IMG/VR virus record: IMGVR_UViG_3300030376_004046
Coordinates: 48,712 to 68,711 of that record
DNA length: 20,000 bases
DNA from: an uncultured virus (IMG/VR IMGVR_UViG_3300030376_004046)
Taxonomy: Duplodnaviria > Heunggongvirae > Uroviricota > Caudoviricetes
Reading direction: 5' to 3' (one strand)
Below are positions 17,233 to 20,000 of this stretch, in pieces. The translations under genes and the position numbers were made by a program. Within the stretch, counting starts at the first letter, position 1. Each line of letters starts with the position of its first letter. The notes beneath the pieces are model-generated. The model was not told where the DNA came from. It worked only from the letters and a program-made list of their open reading frames with translations, and did no database searches.

Positions 17233-17485
17233 CTAACTCTTCTCTTGCGGCTTGTATGTATAGCACAGCATCCATAAGCTCTTCTTGTATATCATTTAAA
17301 TATTCAGCTAAACCTTTTATACGTGAAGTTCTTTCTTCGTGTAATGTTTGGCCATATTTATCATAACCTACGTCTGATCTTTTAACAAACTTATCAACTA
17401 CGTTTTTAACTACAGGATCACGAAAGCCATAAGACTCTCTACACATTATACCGTTTTTTGCATCCATTATTTCTCTTTCGCTCAT
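17216..17485 (-). CDS. Small all-alpha NTP pyrophosphatase (MazG-like superfamily)-like protein
   Basis: R...G..KYG.TL...YLNDIQEELMDAVLY with an EExxD acidic helix. Family assignment is from recall. Confidence 0.55.
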   Translation of the reverse strand: MSEREIMDAKNGIMCRESYGFRDPVVKNVVDKFVKRSDVGYDKYGQTLHEERTSRIKGLAEYLNDIQEELMDAVLYIQAAREELDEKEI

Positions 17486-17486
17486 A

Positions 17487-18326
17487 TTAATCTTTTTTAA
17501 ATGTTCCGTTACTCATTTTACCTGTTCTGTTTTTAATCTCTTCATACGCAAGATCAATACAGTCTTCAATACTAGTGCCAGCAAGTTCAGCTAAGTTAGT
17601 TAATACAACAACACAATCACCAATACCATCCATTGTAGCTTTTTTGTCAACTTTAAGTACAGCTCTACATATTTCTCCAGCTTCTTCCATTAACTTTAAT
17701 GTTTGTGTTTTTGTATCACCAGCACTATATAAACCTCTTTCATTAGCCCATAATCTAATTTTATCAAATCTACACATTGTATCACATTTTTCTCTTGTAT
17801 CATTCATAATACCACCAGATCTAGTTTTACCATTGTATTGATCTTTCATATGTAAATTAGCTAAAGTATCATGGGTATCATGATTATCAAACCATCTAGC
17901 AAAAGCTCTATTGTATACGTAGCATCTGTCGTTTGTATATTGTGATCTTGCTACATTACTCATAATCCACTCTATTGATTTGTTTGTTATTGTACACTCA
18001 CCGAATGGTGTATCCCATGACATACCTATATTATCCATAAGTTGTCCTTTTAGTTTTCTGACCGGACAAGGAAAAGTCGTAGTCATTTCTGTTACATTAA
18101 TTTTCATTTGATTACATTTTAATTTATTATAAGGTTTTTCGTCTATTCTGTAGCCGTGAAGTTGTTGCAAATATAACTCTTTTTTTGAAATATATTTAAT
18201 ATCATCAGACATTTCTAATATTTCATATTCATCTTCTGTGTAGCCTTGCTGTTGCTCAACACGGTGTTTTACATTATTTGTTACACCTATTTTTACACCC
18301 GGTATATGGTATATACAATATGTCAT
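17487..18326 (-). CDS. Fusion of a GIY-YIG-like N-terminal domain, an unknown middle region and a MazG-like NTP pyrophosphatase
   Basis: N-terminus YCIYHIPGVKIGVTNNVKHR...KKE. C-terminus WANERGL...KLMEEAGE...DGIGDCVVVL...AYEEIKNRTGKM.NGTFKK, with the EExxE...D..GD motif of MazG-like enzymes. Confidence 0.75.
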   Translation of the reverse strand: MTYCIYHIPGVKIGVTNNVKHRVEQQQGYTEDEYEILEMSDDIKYISKKELYLQQLHGYRIDEKPYNKLKCNQMKINVTEMTTTFPCPVRKLKGQLMDNIGMSWDTPFGECTITNKSIEWIMSNVARSQYTNDRCYVYNRAFARWFDNHDTHDTLANLHMKDQYNGKTRSGGIMNDTREKCDTMCRFDKIRLWANERGLYSAGDTKTQTLKLMEEAGEICRAVLKVDKKATMDGIGDCVVVLTNLAELAGTSIEDCIDLAYEEIKNRTGKMSNGTFKKD

Positions 18327-18979
18327 ATCTTATCATTATATAGATGCATATTATGTGCGAAATGATAATATACACCAGGTTCAACATTTAATTCATGTGC
18401 AACTAAGCCTTGTAACATAGAGAAACAATATTGATCGTTACAAAAACCATACCAAAGATCATTGCTACGCATTGTAACACACATATCAAGTCTATTATGT
18501 ACAATTGTAAATTGTACAGCGTAAGTACAAGGTGTGTCATGCGCATAATCAGTAATTTCTTTACCGTCATATATAGATATAGCAGCTTGTCTAGTTTCTT
18601 TGTTTTGTTTTAACATTTCAATAACCATATCTAGTTGAGCATTACGTTTCCATTGCCAACCATAATTAGAATTAACATTACCTTTGTCGTCAGCCATACG
18701 TTTCCATATTTCAGGTACTTTACCGTATAATCTACCAAGCTCTGATATATTGTTATTACCAGATAAGTACCACTGCCATTCAGCTATTGCATAATCTTCT
18801 TTCCATTTACGTTCTCTATTTATTATTTTATTGTCTAGTGGATCTGTTATATAAAAACCTACGTTAAACAATGCTTTAGTACCTGCAAAGTCTACACCGT
18901 CTTGTAATATACGATCGTGTATATACTCATATGCTTCATTTGCATTTCTAAAGACTTTATTATTTATTGTATTTATCAT
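18323..18979 (-). CDS. Thymidylate synthase-fold enzyme, T4 gp42-like dCMP hydroxymethylase candidate
   Basis: PEIWKRMADDKGNVNSNYGW, DTPCT (catalytic Cys), MRSNDLWYGFCND and HNMHLY. The likely start is the ATG at 18979, because the ORF-track start at 19030 overlaps the upstream gene by 71 nt. Confidence 0.85.
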   Translation of the reverse strand: MINTINNKVFRNANEAYEYIHDRILQDGVDFAGTKALFNVGFYITDPLDNKIINRERKWKEDYAIAEWQWYLSGNNNISELGRLYGKVPEIWKRMADDKGNVNSNYGWQWKRNAQLDMVIEMLKQNKETRQAAISIYDGKEITDYAHDTPCTYAVQFTIVHNRLDMCVTMRSNDLWYGFCNDQYCFSMLQGLVAHELNVEPGVYYHFAHNMHLYNDKI

Positions 18980-19229
18980 AATAGTATTTATAATATTCGT
19001 TAAACTTATCATAAACGGTGTTGTCCTCATATCTATTTGGATCTATATGTATTTTACCGTTTATATTTATTTCAATTTGCCATCTTGTTAAATCATCTTT
19101 CCAATCAGGACTTATAGCTATTTTAATGTTGTTACGCATGCACCAACCTACTATTTTCATCTCGTCATTAGACCAAGATCTCTGTGGTAGTTTTCTACTA
19201 GGTGCTTTTTGCCATTTAAAAAATGCCAT
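18960..19229 (-). CDS. Hypothetical protein
   Basis: 89-aa ORF translationally coupled (TAATG) to the helicase. No recognised motif. Confidence 0.75.
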   Translation of the reverse strand: MAFFKWQKAPSRKLPQRSWSNDEMKIVGWCMRNNIKIAISPDWKDDLTRWQIEININGKIHIDPNRYEDNTVYDKFNEYYKYYYDKYNK

Positions 19230-20000
19230 TATTCCCAGGGCATAGGCTCAGCTTCAACTTCATCTATTACATGTGGCACAAAGCTACCAGACCTTGGTTC
19301 CCAAGTAAAATGTGACTCAGCGCCATTTTCACCTAAGTTTTGAAATTTAACTTTAAGTACTTTAACTTTAGTTGTTTTTGCTTCATAGTCTCTATGTACT
19401 AACAAACCGTGATAACTAGCATCGTACCACTCACCACCACCTTTAATATTGTACATTGTAGGCTCTTCCATCTTACCATCAGAACCTTTGTACATTTTAG
19501 TTGGGTGAGCAACTATAAAAGTTAATACATCATACTTTTTACAAAAAGCTTCGATCTTAGCTAAATAATCCATTGTGTAACGGTTTACGTCATCTGATAC
19601 TGCATTTGTGTCTCTGATCTTATTAAACGGATCGAGGACTAAACATTTAATACCCTTACGTTTTACAAGCTCAGCGCCTTTACGTAATACAGCTTCAAGA
19701 CTATATTTATCCATATCAATAAAGAAATAGTTGTCGTTTACATGATCAGTTACTTGTTGCCATTTATCATTACCAATATCATCTACACGTGGCATATCTT
19801 GCCAATGCTTACGCATTAATTTATGAGCATGAAGATATACCGGCTGATTTTCTGGCGAAGCATACGCAGTTTTCCAACCATAATTATTATTATAACCAAC
19901 AACCATTTGATCAACAAAGTCAGATTTACCGCTACTAGGCACACCAGTGACAGTAATAAACTGCCCAGTATACGTGCTAAATATTTTATCGAAATTATTA
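19229..20000 (-). CDS. SF4 (T7 gp4/Twinkle/DnaB-like) replicative helicase, C-terminal part (5'-truncated by window edge)
   Basis: The frame stays open past the ORF-track start to the window end (...NNFDKIFSTYTGQFITVTGVPSSGKSDF). Walker A GVPSSGKS, SPEN, Walker B LVLDP, IVAHPTK, and IKGGGEWYD. Confidence 0.92.
   Translation of the reverse strand, partial: NNFDKIFSTYTGQFITVTGVPSSGKSDFVDQMVVGYNNNYGWKTAYASPENQPVYLHAHKLMRKHWQDMPRVDDIGNDKWQQVTDHVNDNYFFIDMDKYSLEAVLRKGAELVKRKGIKCLVLDPFNKIRDTNAVSDDVNRYTMDYLAKIEAFCKKYDVLTFIVAHPTKMYKGSDGKMEEPTMYNIKGGGEWYDASYHGLLVHRDYEAKTTKVKVLKVKFQNLGENGAESHFTWEPRSGSFVPHVIDEVEAEPMPWE

Larger units (their letters stand above)
1..20000. mobile_element. Segment of a tailed dsDNA bacteriophage genome (morphogenesis/lysis block on +, replication/nucleotide metabolism block on -), probable Bacteroidota host
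   Basis: Very high coding density with abutting or overlapping genes (TAATG, ATGA junctions). Content is phage-typical: SF4 helicase, endonuclease I-like nuclease, class II RNR, TS-fold enzyme, MazG-like proteins, M15 peptidase, SLT and fibre-like proteins. No cellular housekeeping operon and no integrase in the window. Confidence 0.93.

Noticed and set aside
18323..19030. Calling the TS-fold gene thyA, with the ORF-track start at 19030
   Set aside because: The specificity residue is Asp and the motifs are gp42-like. The longer start overlaps the upstream gene by 71 nt.
18960..19229. N-terminus MAFFKWQKAPSRK as another member of the MAFK...SPxK tag family
   Set aside because: Only a partial match, and the gene lies in the replication operon, so it is probably coincidental.
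15882..19245. Shadow ORFs in the - block (15882-16115, 16405-16608, 17054-17236, 17575-17841, 18431-18613, 19018-19245)
   Set aside because: They lie within or opposite genes of the coherent - strand operon and have no independent evidence.
1..20000. tRNA, rRNA, structured ncRNA, integrase/att site, intein or intron
   Set aside because: Intergenic gaps are all under about 40 nt and A/T-rich. No such motifs were seen, and the RNR and the visible helicase part appear uninterrupted.

Overview
Gene-dense, AT-rich segment of a tailed dsDNA phage genome. The host is most likely Bacteroidota (probably aquatic Flavobacteriia), inferred from A-rich leaders without Shine-Dalgarno sequences, signal peptides followed by Gln, and a Flavobacteria-like secreted repeat protein. 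The + strand block (121-14889) encodes a predicted outer-membrane beta-barrel, a membrane protein, a CxxC-less thioredoxin-fold protein, a PAP2 phosphatase, five small Lys/Arg-rich proteins (two missed by the ORF track), a Cys-repeat secreted protein with a T9SS-like tail, fibre-like proteins including three tandem paralogs, a 1474-aa protein with two DUF1566-like domains, an M15 peptidase and a lytic transglycosylase protein. A hairpin terminator (14890-14917) separates this from a convergent - strand block: SF4 helicase (partial), a thymidylate-synthase-fold enzyme, a GIY-YIG-like/MazG-like fusion, a second all-alpha NTP pyrophosphatase-like protein, a T7 endonuclease I-like nuclease and a class II ribonucleotide reductase. 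Three hypotheses stand out. (1) A recurring MAFK...SP[L/M/F/I]K peptide tag on otherwise unrelated proteins may be a capsid-targeting or protease-processing signal. (2) A T4 gp42-like dCMP-modifying enzyme with dNTPases and a nuclease may form a compact cytosine-modification system. (3) A phage-encoded envelope module may use host Sec, BAM and T9SS. All family assignments come from motif recognition by eye; no database searches were run.
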